In this document: piece after piece, positions 1 through 14,068 of the stretch
How the letters are laid out: each line of letters starts with the position of its first letter
Position numbering within the stretch: the stretch's first letter is position 1
From: Lama glama
Lineage: Eukaryota
Length of the DNA: 64,000 nucleotides
Direction: 5' to 3'
NCBI GenBank assembly: GCA_028534125.1
Contig: CM052817.1
Coordinates: forward strand, 53,942,001 to 54,006,000
The notes under the pieces: model-generated
Databases searched by the model: none
What the model saw: only the letters and a program-made list of their open reading frames with translations
What the model was told of the DNA's origin: nothing
Translations under genes and position numbers: made by a program

Positions 1-1409
1 GTCCTTCAGAACTGCAACTCCTAATGAGCCCTGCTAAGAAATCTGTGGTGCTTATTTACAAATCTACTACAAAATTACCAAAGTAGGCTTTCATTTCTAA
101 TTATAATATACAGAATTAGGAAATATGTCGAAAAGCATGTAGAATTTATTTGCATACAGAAATATATAATCAATCCCATTAAATTAAGTACAAAATTGTA
201 ACAAACTTCTTTTAATAATGAAAGGTTTAAAAATAATAGTGCTTCTAGATGAAGCTAATTTTTTTAAGTCCTGATTAATGAGACGTATGGCAAGAAAAAT
301 TACTATAATGGTGAATGCTGATTCAGGGTCTTATTTTTATTAAGTAGTTTATAGTGAGGGCTATGACTATTTTTCTATTTATAGTGGCAGCTCTGGTTAA
401 TTACCTTGTAACGTATTGTGACATTAATGCACTAGTAAACTATTGAAATTTACACCCTTATTCAGTAGCAAAATCTGTAAATTGAAGAATGTATATAAAG
501 TTATCAGAAGCATAAATTATGTGACCAAATGTCATGTATGATCACATTAGATTTAAAGAACAGAATCTTACAAATTTACACATCAGTGTCACTGAATTTA
601 CATACTTCAGCTACTTTGAAATATAGATTTCAACATTTTATTCAAAGTTATTTGGTAGCTTGCTGCTATTCTGTAAGGTTACTAAAATATATAACTATAT
701 AATGAGCTAATAACTATAACTGCAATTGTATTAATCACAGACCAGTTTAGAAGGGTCTTTGGGTCAGTGCATGTAGAGGAACAATGTGAGAACTACAAGT
801 TAACAAGACAATCATTCTAACATAGAGAGCACAATTGGAGGCAAATATCAAGCACGGATCATTGTTGGATTCTAGTGACTCATTTTTCACAGGTCAATAC
901 CATGACTACTTTTACTAAGATGGTATTTTAAAGCGAAGCTCTTGATAATGCCTACCTACCTACTAACTCTTTAGGGTCTAGTTTTATGTTAGGTATTTGC
1001 CAGGAACCTGACACTAACTATTTCACTTAATCATCCCTATAAACATGCCAGGGTGACATTATCCTTGTTTTACAGGTGACAGACAGAAGCTGCTTCAGGT
1101 CATGCAGGGCTGCCTGACTGCCTGGCAGGTCTTCCTTCCCATATGCCACAGCAGCAAACCCGCAAGTACATAGTAACAGCCACATTTTATCTAGGGCCTA
1201 CCAGATGCCAGACTCTATATTACCCCTAATCCTCACAAAGACACTGTGGAGTTCTTATTTCTGATCTTCTGTGTAGTAGTTAAGGAAACTAAAGATAAGA
1301 AAGGTCTAGAACTCCCCAGTTTAAGTTTATCGGCTCTAAAGCCCTTCATTTTACCACTCAGTGTTTGTCTTATTTCATTCTAAATTTACTTTACTCTTTG
1401 TCTGCCTAG

Positions 1410-1880
1410 TTATGGTTGGTTGAAATGGCCCAAATTCCTCTCCTTCCTGTATCCATGGTCCTCTGGATTGTGGTTCCTCCATCAAGAGATGGAGTCTATT
1501 TCTTAAGTCTGGAGTTGGCTATGTGATTGGCTTTGGCTAATGGGACACAGCAAACAAGACACAGGCAGAATCTTGAACAATATTTGAACTTTGGGATGTT
1601 CCTATTTACTGGTAGGAATCCTGTCACAATGGGAATGAGCAGGGGCTAGTGGGCTGGAAGGTGACAGCCATATGGCCATCACCCCAGATGACATCAAGGT
1701 GACTACCAACCAAACATGTAAGTGAGTTTTCTCCCCTGAAAAATCCATCAGCCTGCTTAACTACTAAACATCCAACCTCAGTCAAGTCACCACAGATATA
1801 ATTCAATGAATTCTGAGAACTATAAAAATGTTTCTTGTTTTAAGCCACTGACTTTTAGAGTAGATTACTACACTATCCTA
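1410..1880 (+). mobile_element. MaLR solo LTR, MLT1F/G-like, old and diverged
   Basis: Contains aaatggcccaaattcctc...ctccatcaagagatggagtctatttct and the MaLR 3' end tgttttaagccactga...tagattactaca. Boundaries approximate. Confidence 0.7.
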
Positions 1881-2069
1881 TCCATGATTGTACAGTACTC
1901 TTTTCAAATCATACTGGGATCACGTGAAGAATTAAATTAAAGCCATCAATTTGCATAAACCTTTGACAGGAACAACATTCTACTAAGCATTAACATGTCT
2001 AAAACAAGGCATCCATTTAAAATTCATCTATTCCTCATGATGAGGAATTATGTCATAAGCATCCAAGCA

Positions 2070-2970
2070 GTTAATCAATACAGAAATCTTAGAAGCATTT
2101 CTGCTCTTTCCCCTGTATCTGTTCAGTCAATGCCACATCTCTTCAAAATATTTCTCAGGCCCTGACATTGCCGCCAACACAGTTCTAACTAATTTCCCAC
2201 TCTTCTTTTACCTGGATTACTGAAACAGCTTCCCTCTGCCAATCTCTCATCATCTACACTGACTTCAGAGGTATTTTTCTCATATCAAGAACTGATAATG
2301 TTATGATGTAACATTCTACTAACTTGGGAAAATTTTTTTAAAAATTAAAAATATTTCATGATTTTTTCTGAGGATAAAATACAAACTCCTTGGCATGTGA
2401 TACAGAATCTTCCACAATCTGCCTCATTACATCTTTCCAGTCTCTTCCTCTAGAACTACGCCCATTTTACTGTGCACCCAGCACATTCCCTGAAAAATAC
2501 CACAACCTTCATATAACCATAGTTTTTTCTGCTTCCTCTTCGTGAGATTCTCTAATTGTCCCTGCTGTTTTCTTCTTGAAAAATGAGGATGCATCCTTCA
2601 GAATCTAGGCTGTCACCTTCACTTTCAGTCACTTAGACAGAAATCATTGTGAGTTCCTATTATGGGCCAAGCACAGACCAGTGGCTGGAGGAGAAATAAT
2701 AATTATAGTCCTCTTTGCCCTCAAGGACATTACAGAAGAGAAAAGGAAACAAGCACACTAAAAAATAAAATGCAATGTTTTAGGTGTAATCACTGAGGCA
2801 AGCACCGGAGATATTTGGAGGACAGAAGCGTGCACTTAGCTCCTGTCTAGCACACAGTGTAGGAAGGCTTAACGGAGGAACTGAAGATAAGCAGAGCATT
2901 GAAACACTGGTAGAAACTTATTGGGTAGAAAAGGTAAGAGACTCCTAGAAGAGGAAATAGCACGTACAGA
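2070..2970. mobile_element. Degraded L2 LINE fragments in both orientations
   Basis: L2-like phrases such as cctggattactgaaacagcttcc, aggataaaatacaaactccttggcatg and gccctcaaggacattacag. Boundaries approximate. Confidence 0.55.
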
Positions 2971-3752
2971 AAACATGCTCATGGAAGTCAGATATAAAAG
3001 CTTTTAAAGAAAATATACTGTATTACTTTAAACCAAAAAATTAACTAAATTTAATTAAATTTAAATTTGGATATTTGGTATTTATAAAATCAAAAGTCGT
3101 GTCTACTTTACATCACTCTGAACATTACAAAACATTTAAAAAATCACTAATTATTTTTTAAAGCAGAAAGATACATTCTATATTTAGATTATGAGATAAT
3201 AAATGTTACTTTTAACTCCTATTTTGTATGACTGGCTATTTTTAAAAATCTTTACACAGATGGCATCAATTTAAATATATAACTTTAATCTATATATTTT
3301 AAAGCTAAATTATCATATCAATACTAAAATGACTTTTAAATAGAATAACAATATAACATAAAATATCACTCTGCAAGGAAATTGTCAGTGTGACTCAGAT
3401 TAAGATATTTCAATTTGTTTTAAAAAATAAAATAAAAGGATAGTAGTAGAAGACAGTTCCAAAAAAAAGGAATGATTATCTGGTCATCTCTAAATCTAGG
3501 CTGATTTTCAACTAGTCTTCCACCGTGGATCCCTATTTCTTCTGTTGGTTTACCAACATTTCTCAGAACAACATTTCCCATCTTAGTCTATAAAGAAGAC
3601 TTACTCTTTCTGTTATCATATTCCTGACATACCATTTTCCTCCTGTTTTGTAAACAGGCAGTGCACTGTAAAATACACATTTATCAAGGCCTTCATCAAG
3701 GAATGAATAGAGTTTCTTTTCCTTTAAATAAAAAAAGAAAACAGCAACTCAC

Positions 3753-3833
3753 CTCTAACAGGGGGTCTCTCTAGCTCAGAGTCAAGGTGAATTGGTGGAG
3801 AGATGTACGATACCTGTCCATGATGTGCCTGCC
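3753..3833 (-). CDS. ADGRL3: ADGRL3 coding exon (81 nt, phase 1-1), linker after the olfactomedin domain: (G)QAHHGQVSYISPPIHLDSELERPPVR
   Basis: Minus strand reads ...cttaacatttatttttgggtccacAG|GGCAGGCACATCATGGA...CCTGTTAGAG|GTgagt. It continues in frame from the phase-1 end of the olfactomedin exon (RS-G|QAHHGQ). The peptide matches the latrophilin-3 linker as I recall it. Too short for the ORF track. Confidence 0.95.
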
Positions 3834-6420
3834 CTGTGGACCCAAAAATAAATGTTAAGAAGACATTATGTCTTTTACTTTTTTTTATGATGTCACATCA
3901 TCTCTCTCCACGCTGAATTAATAGCCATTACAGAGTGCAGGCAGATCTATCCAAACATAGAATCATTGTGTGCCATCTAAACATCAACCAATTAAATCAG
4001 TCCTCAAACCATCTAGTTTTGTTGTTGCTGTTGTTAAATCTCAAATTTATTGTAGAGTGAAACTTTAAGAAATACAATAAAAATGACTGACAAGAAAAAT
4101 GACGTGGAAAAATTAAAAACAAAGACATGCCAAATACAAAACCTTGGTTTCATTGTCAGATTAAACAGCAATTAAGTACTCAATCAATTTACTTTAAGTG
4201 TTTGTAAACATTCTTCCTTTCTGCCTTTACTTCACAGCAGATCAGTAATAAAGAATCTGCAGACTGTCCTCTACGTCAGATTACACTATGAATAGCACTT
4301 ATTTAGACAACTTTACGATCCTAGTGAATTTACACTTTATTTTTATGATTTAGTTTGCTTTTTAAGTATTTTTTACTTGTATTTGAAAAGAAAACTACTC
4401 CTATTGCTGATTATATTTGATGAAAAAATAGTAACTAACCACAATGTAAAACACAGGTAGATGGATTCATTCTCTGTTTTTTGCAAAGCACTTTGCCAGC
4501 TCACATACATATCTGCAATAATACACTTTCTGTCTTATGAGTTAAAAAAGTGTTAAAGTTGATTTGAAGGCCAAAATGCTGACTGAAAAAAAAAAAGCCA
4601 GCTTAAAAACAGATTTTCTAATGCTCAAAGTAGCTATATAGTTTGTATACCTATGATCCAGCAAGCAATTAGGATTTTGAGGCAAGAAAGCATAACTAGA
4701 GTTCAATTTCTAAACCTACTTTATATAAAAAGGTTTGGGTACAAGTAGAAAACCCACTACCTTCTTTCTACAATGGGAATATGCAGTTATACTTTATATA
4801 TTTACTATAGCAATTTACAGGGGTGTTAATCTCTTTTCCTAAACAAGGAAAGTTAATGACACATAGATTATGATAACAGTTAGAGTAACCTTCCCGTTTC
4901 AAGTAATATTCGACTTGTAATAAACTCTGCTGATTCCTCTTATGAGGCACATTTCAAATAATTAATATGGCTCCCTGTTGATAGTAGCTGCTGTTGCTCC
5001 TAGCATTTTTCTAGCTAACAGCAGATACAGTGGAGAGGCTGTAATATACAGAGCCCCTCATAATGGTAACTAAGAATATTGTGCATTCACTGGCCATGTT
5101 TCAGTGGAATACTAAAAGCACCATTATGAAAGAGGTAAGACGGTGACTATGCATTGTTAGCAGTCCATGTGTAATATAGCTTATTAAAAACTTCAGATTA
5201 TCTTAATTGCAAAAACATCTGATGTTTACCTATGTTGCAAACTTGGTTGCAAATGCATTTTTATTTTTAAGGTCCAGTGTCACCGCATTGCAAATGAATT
5301 GGTTTGAAACTTTATCAATCATGTAAAATGAAAATAAGAATCTTTCACTCTATACTGGTTGAAAAGAACCTCAGCATATAAAACAATATTGATTTCATGT
5401 CTAATCAAGGAACATGGCTTTCACCATAATAATAACCACTATGCATTCAAACATACATCATCTCCTTTTATGCAGCCAATATCACTATAATAATTTAAAG
5501 GCAGGTACTATGCTAGTCTACATATTTTAAAATCAAAGAAACAAGCAGAGCTTATGTAACTAACATGCAGCTAGTACATAGCAAGGCTAGCATTTGATTC
5601 CAAATTTGAAGTGCTTTCATCTGTCATAATATTTGTCTCAAAGAAGGTACACTAAACTTGGAAATAATGTGTATAGATTTAGTGATTAAACTCTGACAAG
5701 CAACTGCTTTTAGAACTGTCACCCCGACATTCAGAATGAAGTAAACAGTCCCTTTAAAATGCCACACGTGTTTCTTTTCTCAGGATAAGCATGTAACTTC
5801 AAGAGTGTTCAACACAGATACTGTAGGCAGCACAGGACCAGTGTGCAGTCCCTTGAGGGGAATGGGGATATCAAAGAGCCAGTGGAATGGGGTGGGGAGG
5901 ATTGGTAGTCACGTCCTGAACTTGGTGTGCCATCATTTCCATTCTCTCTCCAAGGAGAAATCCACCAAACTGCAGGAAGAGGTATGGCAGGGAAAGTCAC
6001 GGTGGTAGAAACTGACTTGGATTCTAAGTCTTAGAGAAAGGTGAGAAATGCAGTAATGGATTTCAATTTGGTGACTGAAATTTCTAACCTACAGAATAAA
6101 AACTAGGAATTATGGAGAATGTTGTTGATTGATTACATCAATCCAATCCTTAAAGATTTCTGTTTTACTTTAGATCAGTGGTATGCACACATTTATCTCC
6201 ACAGAAATGCATAAAGGGTAATAAAACCTACTTTAATAGGCACTATTTCTAACTAAGGCTAACTAACAAATAGATAAATATGAGGCAATAATTCTCAGAG
6301 CAGTAACTGCTCTTTATCAGGTTGGGCATATGGGAATATGGGGAAAGGTCTGCATAGTTTGAAAAAATATTCAGTGTCTCTCAAAGTTCCACCTTCTCCC
6401 CTTTAAGAATGACTGAAAAA

Positions 6421-7185
6421 GGAGTTTGGCCAAGATGGTGGAGTGGGAAGACCCTAAACTCAGTTCCTCCCATGGGCATACCAAAATTACAACTACTTAC
6501 AGAGCAAACTATTGACAGCCAAGACCGGGACCCAGCAGGAAAAATCTTCCACAACTCAAAATATAAAAAAGGAACCACAACGAGACCAGTAGAAGGGGTG
6601 GAGTTCTGGTCTATAGTCAAGACCCGTACCCCTGGGGGATGACCCACACGGGGGAGGATAATTACAACTGCAGAGGTTCTCCCCAGGGAGTGAGGGGCCT
6701 GAGCCCCCATTCAGGCTCCCCAACCTGTACCGGGAAGACACACCTCCAGCATGTTTGACTTTGAAGGCCAAAAGGAGCTTACTGTAGAGAGAGCAAGAGG
6801 GCTGTGGGAAATAGAGACTCCACTTCTAATGGGCATACAAGATCTCACATGTTCCAGGACCCAGGGCAGAAGGAGTAATTTGAAAGGAGCGTGGGTCAGA
6901 CCCATCAGTTGACCTTGGAAAGCCTGCAGAAGTGGCTGGAGGCACCTGAAGCTCACCTTGGAGACACAGACATTGGTGGCAGCCATTTTTAGGAGCTTGT
7001 TCTACTATGTGGACACTGGTGTTGGTAAGTGCCATTTTGGAACCTTCCCTCCAGCCTATTAGTACTGAAACCTGGTCCCGCCCACCAACCTGTAGGCATC
7101 AGTACTGGAAGGCATCAGACAAGCAACCAACTGGGTGGGTACACAGCCCCACCTAGCAGCACACAGACAGCAAATAAAGAAAGAA
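6421..7185 (+). mobile_element. Isolated 5' UTR fragment of an older L1 (L1M2/L1M3-type 5' end)
   Basis: Begins ggccaagatggtggagtgggaagaccctaaactcagttcctcccatgggcataccaaaattacaact, typical of L1 5' ends (caagatggcgg-like YY1 start). GC-richer than the flanks and accounts for the short ORFs at 6381-7035. Confidence 0.7.
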
Positions 7186-8349
7186 CATTATGAATAACTG
7201 CAAAATAATAGTAATAATAAACTCCAGTTAAAACCATAAATAACTTCCATAAACATTTCTCTTAAACTTTATGGTGAATAATCTTCAACAATAAAAAATA
7301 TAATCAGTTCAAAAAGAGCATAGGGAGGTAAAAAGCATCAAAAACACGTATTTTTAAAATTTGGGCACATTTTCCACCACGATTGTCTTCTACTAGTCTT
7401 GCCTGGTCCTTGTAACTGCAGCTTTATGTATCTAAATATGTGATGTGCTGTATTTATTTTTGCCCTTACTTTTTCAAATTAAAAAGATACATATCTGCTT
7501 ATTTTTCCTTCTGAATTTTATTGCATTCTTTTCTAAATTTTAAAGCAAAACAGTCATATTGAGATGTTATTAGAACTACATTACTTCTATAATTTTCAGA
7601 ATAAACATTTAATATAGTTTGTCTTCATATATTTTAAATGAATTGCCTTTTGTTTGAATTGCCTTTCAGTAAATAGGAAAAATAACTGTTTTTTGAAGTT
7701 TTCTATATTTTGGTTGTAAGGATATTTCATTGTTTAAGTATTCTGTTTTCCCCATTTTGAATGAAATTTATGAACTTGCTTGATATCTGTCATTAAACTT
7801 TTTTGATTGTTATTGTTGTAATTATTAGTTATTGACTCTGACTTTCCTACCTCTTTAGAGTTAGATATACTGAAAATAACACTTTAGTTATATTCTGTGA
7901 TCTTTGTTTCTTGTAAGAAATATATCCCCAGTTTAAAATTCATCTATATACTCTTGTTCTTAATTATTTTGTGTTGCAGAATTTAAATTTTAAAGAATTA
8001 ATTTATAGGATATGCATTTTAGGTGCCACTAAAATTTCCTGGTGCTACTGTTCACCTGTCATTTTACCTTTAATTTCCTACAAACTAATTACCAAAGAAA
8101 TAAGCACTTTTTACTGATAGATTTCAAAAATAATTACAAAGAATTAAAAAGGGGGAGAAAAAAGTTTCTTGGTTTACTGCTTAGGAGTCTAGAAGAATAA
8201 TGGCAATGTGGGAAGCTTATGAGTTAGATTTTATTCAAATTTTAGTCTAGGTGAATGATACATTTGCACAAAGATGTCACTGTATGTATTTATATATGCA
8301 CATATATCTACATACATATGTTTACATGTATGCATTTATGTGAAATATC

Positions 8350-8960
8350 TATACTGATATGTAATTTGCTTATCATACAATTTACCCATTTCAAGTATAC
8401 AATTCAGCATTTTTAGTATATTTACAGATTTGTGCAACTTCTACCACAATCAACTTGAAACCATTAGAAACTGGAAGCCTGTTTATGAGCAGTCTCTCCC
8501 CATTTCATTCCAACTCCTGTTCTAGGCAACTATTCATCTGCTTTTCATCTCTATAGATTTACCTGTTTGGTAAATTTCAGGTAAATAAAAAACAAACATA
8601 GTCTTTTGTGCTCAACTTCCTTTATTCAATTTAATTTTTTCAGGTAGTACAAATCAGTACTTCATTCTTTTATGTTGCAAAATAATATTCCATTAAAAAT
8701 ACCATATTTTTATATCATTCATCAATTGATGGATTTTGAGGGTCATTTCCACTTTTTGACTATTATGAATAATGCTGCTATGAACCTTCCTATACAAGTT
8801 CTTGTGCAGACATAAGTTACATTTTTCTTGAATATATATACCTAAAAGTGGAATTGCTGGGTCATATAGTAAACACTATGTAAAATTTTGAGAAACTGCC
8901 AGTCTGATTTCCAAAGAAGCTGTACCGTTTTATTTTTCATTAGGAGTGTATGAGGGCTTC
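8350..8960 (-). mobile_element. L1MB-type 3' end fragment
   Basis: Reverse L1 3' end phrases: catacaatttacccatttcaagtatacaattca, tattatgaataatgctgctatgaac, aagtggaattgctgggtcatat. Confidence 0.8.
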
Positions 8961-10049
8961 ATAAAGACTTTTTTTAAAATTTTTTTTTGCTTGTTTGCTT
9001 TGTTTTTAGATGATGGTGTAGTTAAATCAGGATTGATGAGATTTTGAAATAATTAAGGTAACTGTGAAAATCTGGGAAGGGAACAATCTCCTCAAGTGAA
9101 CATAGAAAGATAAAGCAGAGGGTTTGGGTCAGGAGTTATATAGTTCATCCACATCAAGAAAGTAGGAGAAAAATGATCTAGGCTAAAAAACAAAAACAAA
9201 GGAAGAGCAGCTCACATTCTGAAGGGGAAATGTGTTAGGTATGCCAAAGAGGCAGAATTTTTAAGAGTTCTTGCCATTAGAATCCAGCATTATTGCAAAA
9301 CCCAAAGGCCATTATAGATTTTGGAAAAGCCATTATTTTTCTATCTTCAATCTCTTTTTGAACTTTTATTTAATTTCTATTTCACTGAGGAATCCTGTGC
9401 AATTTCTACTAAAGTTCAAATATAGCAAAGGCTTGATCAGCATAAGGTACAGGAAAAGGCCTTTTTTTTTTTTCTCTTTCTACTGTCAATACTTTACTTG
9501 TACATCATAGCACAGAAATTAGAACCACAGAATTTGGAGAGAGAAAGATATTTGTTAGCTTATAGTCCAAAACCTACATTTTAGAAAAAGGAACCTAAAA
9601 TCTTGAGAAATTGGTGACTTTCCAAAGTCAAATCAAGGTGGTGTTTGTCAAGAGTGACGTCTGAGGACAGTAAGAAAGGGCATGCAGCTAGCCTGCAGAA
9701 AACTGCCCTTGACCCTCTCTTACCTCTGAAGCCTTACCTAGCAAGCCGCTGTTTTCAAGGTGTGTGGGGCATGACTTTTCAAGTGTGCTGAGAAATTAAA
9801 AGAGTTGAAAACTATTTATTTATAAAAACATGTACTTTCTCCCCATTGGGCCATGTCTAGAAAGCTTAGCATAACAGGTAAGATCATGCTTGGAAAACAG
9901 GACTGCCTGTGCTGGTATTTGAACTCTGCCACATTTCTGCAATAGAACTATTTAGGCATGTAAGTTATTAGCTAGCAAGTATGAAGCTGTTTAATTTCTA
10001 TGTGCAACTGGTATACAGTAGAGTACTTAATTTTTAGCTATTATTAGTA

Positions 10050-10330
10050 ATTCATTCTTTCATTCATCAACCAACATTTCTTGAGTGCCTACTACATGAC
10101 AGGTGCCTTTTTAGGTTGTTGGCATACACCACACAAGAAAATAAATGATAACCCGCACTCTTAAGTAGGGGAAGGCAGACAGTAAGCAATTAACACAATA
10201 AATGCATCAATAATATTATACACGTAAAATGCTGAGGGCATTGGAAACAAATTAGAACAGGTTAAAGGGTATTTGAGGTGGGAGCGGGGGGCAGGTTGAA
10301 ATTTTAAATAGAGTGAAGCAGGGAAGGCCT
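10050..10330 (-). mobile_element. L2a 3' end fragment
   Basis: ttcattctttcattcatcaaccaacatttcttgagtgcctactacatgacagg is the reverse L2 tail. Confidence 0.7.
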
Positions 10331-11557
10331 AATTTAATTTCCATGAATAGCATCTGAAGGGTTCAAGAGAAGGCAAGAGATAGTATCAGACTTCTATGAG
10401 AAACTGTAAAAAGATAAAAGTATAAATAAGAGCCCAAATCTAATTCTAGTAATTAAGAATGAAAGAATGAAATGTGCTGGTATCAGATGCTTTTTCCTAA
10501 TACATTTATTTCAAATTTACACATAGTCATAGACCTATTGATAATGTCACCAATGACCAATGAGTAAAAAAAGGCATAAATAAAATACAGTGATATATAA
10601 TTGGGAAAATGAACACAACTTTGCTCCTAAAGTAAAAATACATTTTACTACCATAAAGTCCCCACTGGTTTCTCCAGTTATACCATACTTCTACTCAAAT
10701 TTTCCTCACTTCCTATATAGTGCTGTAAACAACTTTAATAGTTTATGGCTCTCTAGGCAGATTTTATGCCTTGTTTTTTGTTTGTTTGCTTTAAACTTTC
10801 AACTTCTGATCTTGATTACTTCCTCTAGAGATATGACATCTCCCCTTTGTTAAAAACAATAAATAGATCTCATATTTTTGCTTGTCGGATTTTTAGTATC
10901 ATCATTTTCCTTTTACAAGCTTTAGAATGATAGCAAGTTACATCTCTGTATCTCTCTGCCCTTCTACAATAATGATTCCATGTGGAATATGGGAACATAT
11001 ACTAATTACATTTAAGAATGGCATATGGAATTTTTCTAAGCTTTTCTAATACTCTGAAAGCAGCTATGCCTCCTCATAAAAAGTTTAATTTTTTGCTTGG
11101 AAATAATCTCAGCTACCTATAAAAAAAATACCAGAGGTCAACATGTTGTTTTGTGCTGATGAAAAACTGGGTGTGCCTACCCTTACAACAGCTTGCTTTT
11201 TTGTCTTCAAACCCTAGTCTAACTATAACCATCTGACATTTAAAAAGTAAGCTTTCAGGTGAAGATATAAACACCAATCAAAAGTAATCATCAAAGAAAA
11301 GAGTTATAAAATTGCCAATTTAATACCTACCTTTTCACTCTGGTTTCCTTTTCTCACTTCATCTTATTATTCATCCTTATTTTCAGTGACTTTAGTAAAA
11401 TATGAAGTAACAGAAAAACAACTACATGCTTGACTTATTGAGTATATGAAGTCACTGATGGAGGCACAAAGGTCACGGATGGTCTTCTCCCCAGTGGATA
11501 TTACTTGCCATACAGAAAATGGATGGAGTAATTTGAAGCAAAGGTAACTTTCTTGAG

Positions 11558-11560
<3 letters not shown>

Positions 11561-11595
<35 letters not shown>
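11561..11595. repeat. (TG)17 microsatellite
   Basis: Perfect TG run read directly. Confidence 0.97.
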
Positions 11596-11597
<2 letters not shown>

Positions 11598-12032
11598 TTC
11601 ATTCAGCAATTATTTCTTCAGTACCCACTCCCACTCTGTGGCCAGTATTACCAATACCACATGAGCAAGATAATATAATGCTCCAATGAGAGACTCAGCC
11701 TAGATGCAGGGTTCAGCAATTACAGTGAAGTATGATATGCACCTTGATAGAGGTGACAGAAAAGAGAGCAACAGCAGCATCTAGCTGAGGTAAGTGAAGA
11801 GAGGGGAGAGCAGGACCCGGGAGAACAGAGACTGAGGGACCAGCAGGTGGTCGTCCAGTGAAAGTGTGGTGGGCATGGGGCAGCAGAAGGGAGGATATGA
11901 AGGAAGCCCGCAGATCAGATGAGTGAGAGGAATAGGGAGCAGGGAGTCACAAAGCAGGGTGGGCAGCAAAGATGATAAGAAATAATAAAACATTTCAAAA
12001 ATGTACAAAAGAGAAAGGATAAAGAATACATG

Positions 12033-12506
12033 TAAAGGGGAGCAGAATATGCCACCCCCAAATATGCCACTTTGGCATATTGATTATTTTATATTAAAGT
12101 TACCTGAGAAACAGCTGGCGCAAAGAAGACACTGACCCTTCTTTGTCCCGCTGAAAGCAGGAAATAAATCTCCCAGGTGAAGGAGGGTAGAAAGCATCAC
12201 TATCCCAGAGACAGAGAATTTCAAGGCTGAGGAAGCTGCATAAACAGACCTTGTTACTTTTTCACTAGTTTACTACCCCAAGCCCAAACCCTTTTGTCTT
12301 ACAATTCTTCACAAATGTATTGCTTCTTTGTCTAAGAGGTATAAAGGCTTCCTGCTTCGGTCACTTCTTTAAGTCTTATATTTTTACAGGGCTCCAGTAC
12401 ACATGAAATCAAATTTGTTTTTCTCCTGTTCATCTTTCTCAAGTCAATTTAATTATTAGTCCAAAGAGCCTAGAAGGAAAGAAGGGAAAAGTTTTCTGCC
12501 TCTACA
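12033..12506 (+). mobile_element. ERV1 solo LTR, MER34/MER39-like, inserted in an older L1ME-type fragment
   Basis: Starts taaaggggagcagaatatgccacccccaaatatgccactttggcata and ends tctaca. A 4-bp TSD catg lies at 12029-12032 and 12507-12510. Internal TATA-like gtataaagg. Confidence 0.8.
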
Positions 12507-14068
12507 CATGCCCATCACCCCAGCTTCCACAACGGTCAATGTAGGGCTATATTGCTTCATCCTTCTCTGCCCATGCCTCTTCCCCCGTCGCAGAATATGG
12601 TGAAGTGAATCTCAAACACCATATACTTTCCTCTGTAAATTATATGAGTATATATCTATAAAATATGAGTTCTTTAAAACACAATAACATTATGATACCT
12701 AAAAATTAAGAAGATACATTGTGAAATGAATTTAATGTAAGATTCAATGAAGCAATTGTCAGGAAGAAATCAATCTAAAACAAGTGAAACCTTTCAATCA
12801 CACTGGCCTTAGTGCTGAAATTGTATTGGACTGAGGAATGTTTTATACTGATGATGAATTTCAGGTGCTCACAGATATACAGGAGAATCTATTTTATAAA
12901 ACCATACAAATGGTTTTCTTTCTTTCACAAGCTTAAGAAATAGACCTGGTAGTTAAAATGACAAACACTGAATTTTGGAAGCATTGCTTCAAAATTATTC
13001 CTTGAAGTATCAAAAACCTATTGTAGCAAGCATTACAACAATAAACTAGAAAGAGAATATAAAAAAGAAAAACATATCAGAGCATTTATCTTTCCTATAC
13101 TTCGAGTTTTTTATAATCCTTCAAAAATAAAGAGGAATGACATTAGAAAACTGAAGATCACATGAATAAAAATGATTATTTTCTAAGAGCCTAATACTAA
13201 GAGGCACCATGTGAGGTAAATATTGCTTCCCATTTTAAAAACACAGTAACTAAAGCTTTATAAAGCTAAGTGCATTTTCAAAGGTTACACAACAGTGTGC
13301 GTGGGAATCAGGTTCCAAGTCCAGAGACCATGTTCTTATATAGCTCACTGCCCCCACATCCTATAAATACATCTCTCGGGGTGGGGAGAGGCAAATATAC
13401 TAACTTTCTGAAACATTAGAAATTTTTAGTTCTTCTTTTCCAGGCTAACCTAAAACAAAGTGTTTACATTACTAAAAGACTAAATTACAGAACAATCAGT
13501 ATTCTAAAATTACTTTTCTCAAACAATGAGCAAAACATTATGTTCTACTTAATAAAAGGTTAAAAATATTAGCCTTCTTCTGGCAACTTTTTTTTTAAAT
13601 TTTATTTTAACAGAGGCATTAAAAATGGTAGGGTTCAATAATACAGCTCTCCTTTAATCACTGTGATTTCCAAAAGCTGGCAAAAAGAAAAAAGACCTTG
13701 GAAGCAGTCCTCCCCTGACACCCCCGACACTCACATCTCTCCTATTGTTTATCACCCTTGTACTTAGTGCATGTTTTGCACACAGTAGAATAAGGAGAAT
13801 ATATTTTACTACAGGAGTGGTTAATATTCAGGCCTATTCTATTGAGGTTGTGAATGTTCAGGGTGGGGAGTTGTGAAAAGCTAGATTATTAAAAAAACAT
13901 AGGCAAACGTAATGAGCAAAACTGTGATGTTAGCATGAACACAGGGGTCAATAATTTCAGTTGGTCAGTTGGCACAGGACATACAAGAGGCTATCCGTAA
14001 ACCTCCTTCTCTGTCAGAGCAATTCTGATTTAGGAATTAAAGTTACCTCAGATATTTTGCTTACAGCT

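Noticed and set aside
5805..6008. Overlapping ORFs on both strands in a GC-richer patch, possible retrocopy
   Set aside because: No recognisable homology, poly-A tail or TSD.
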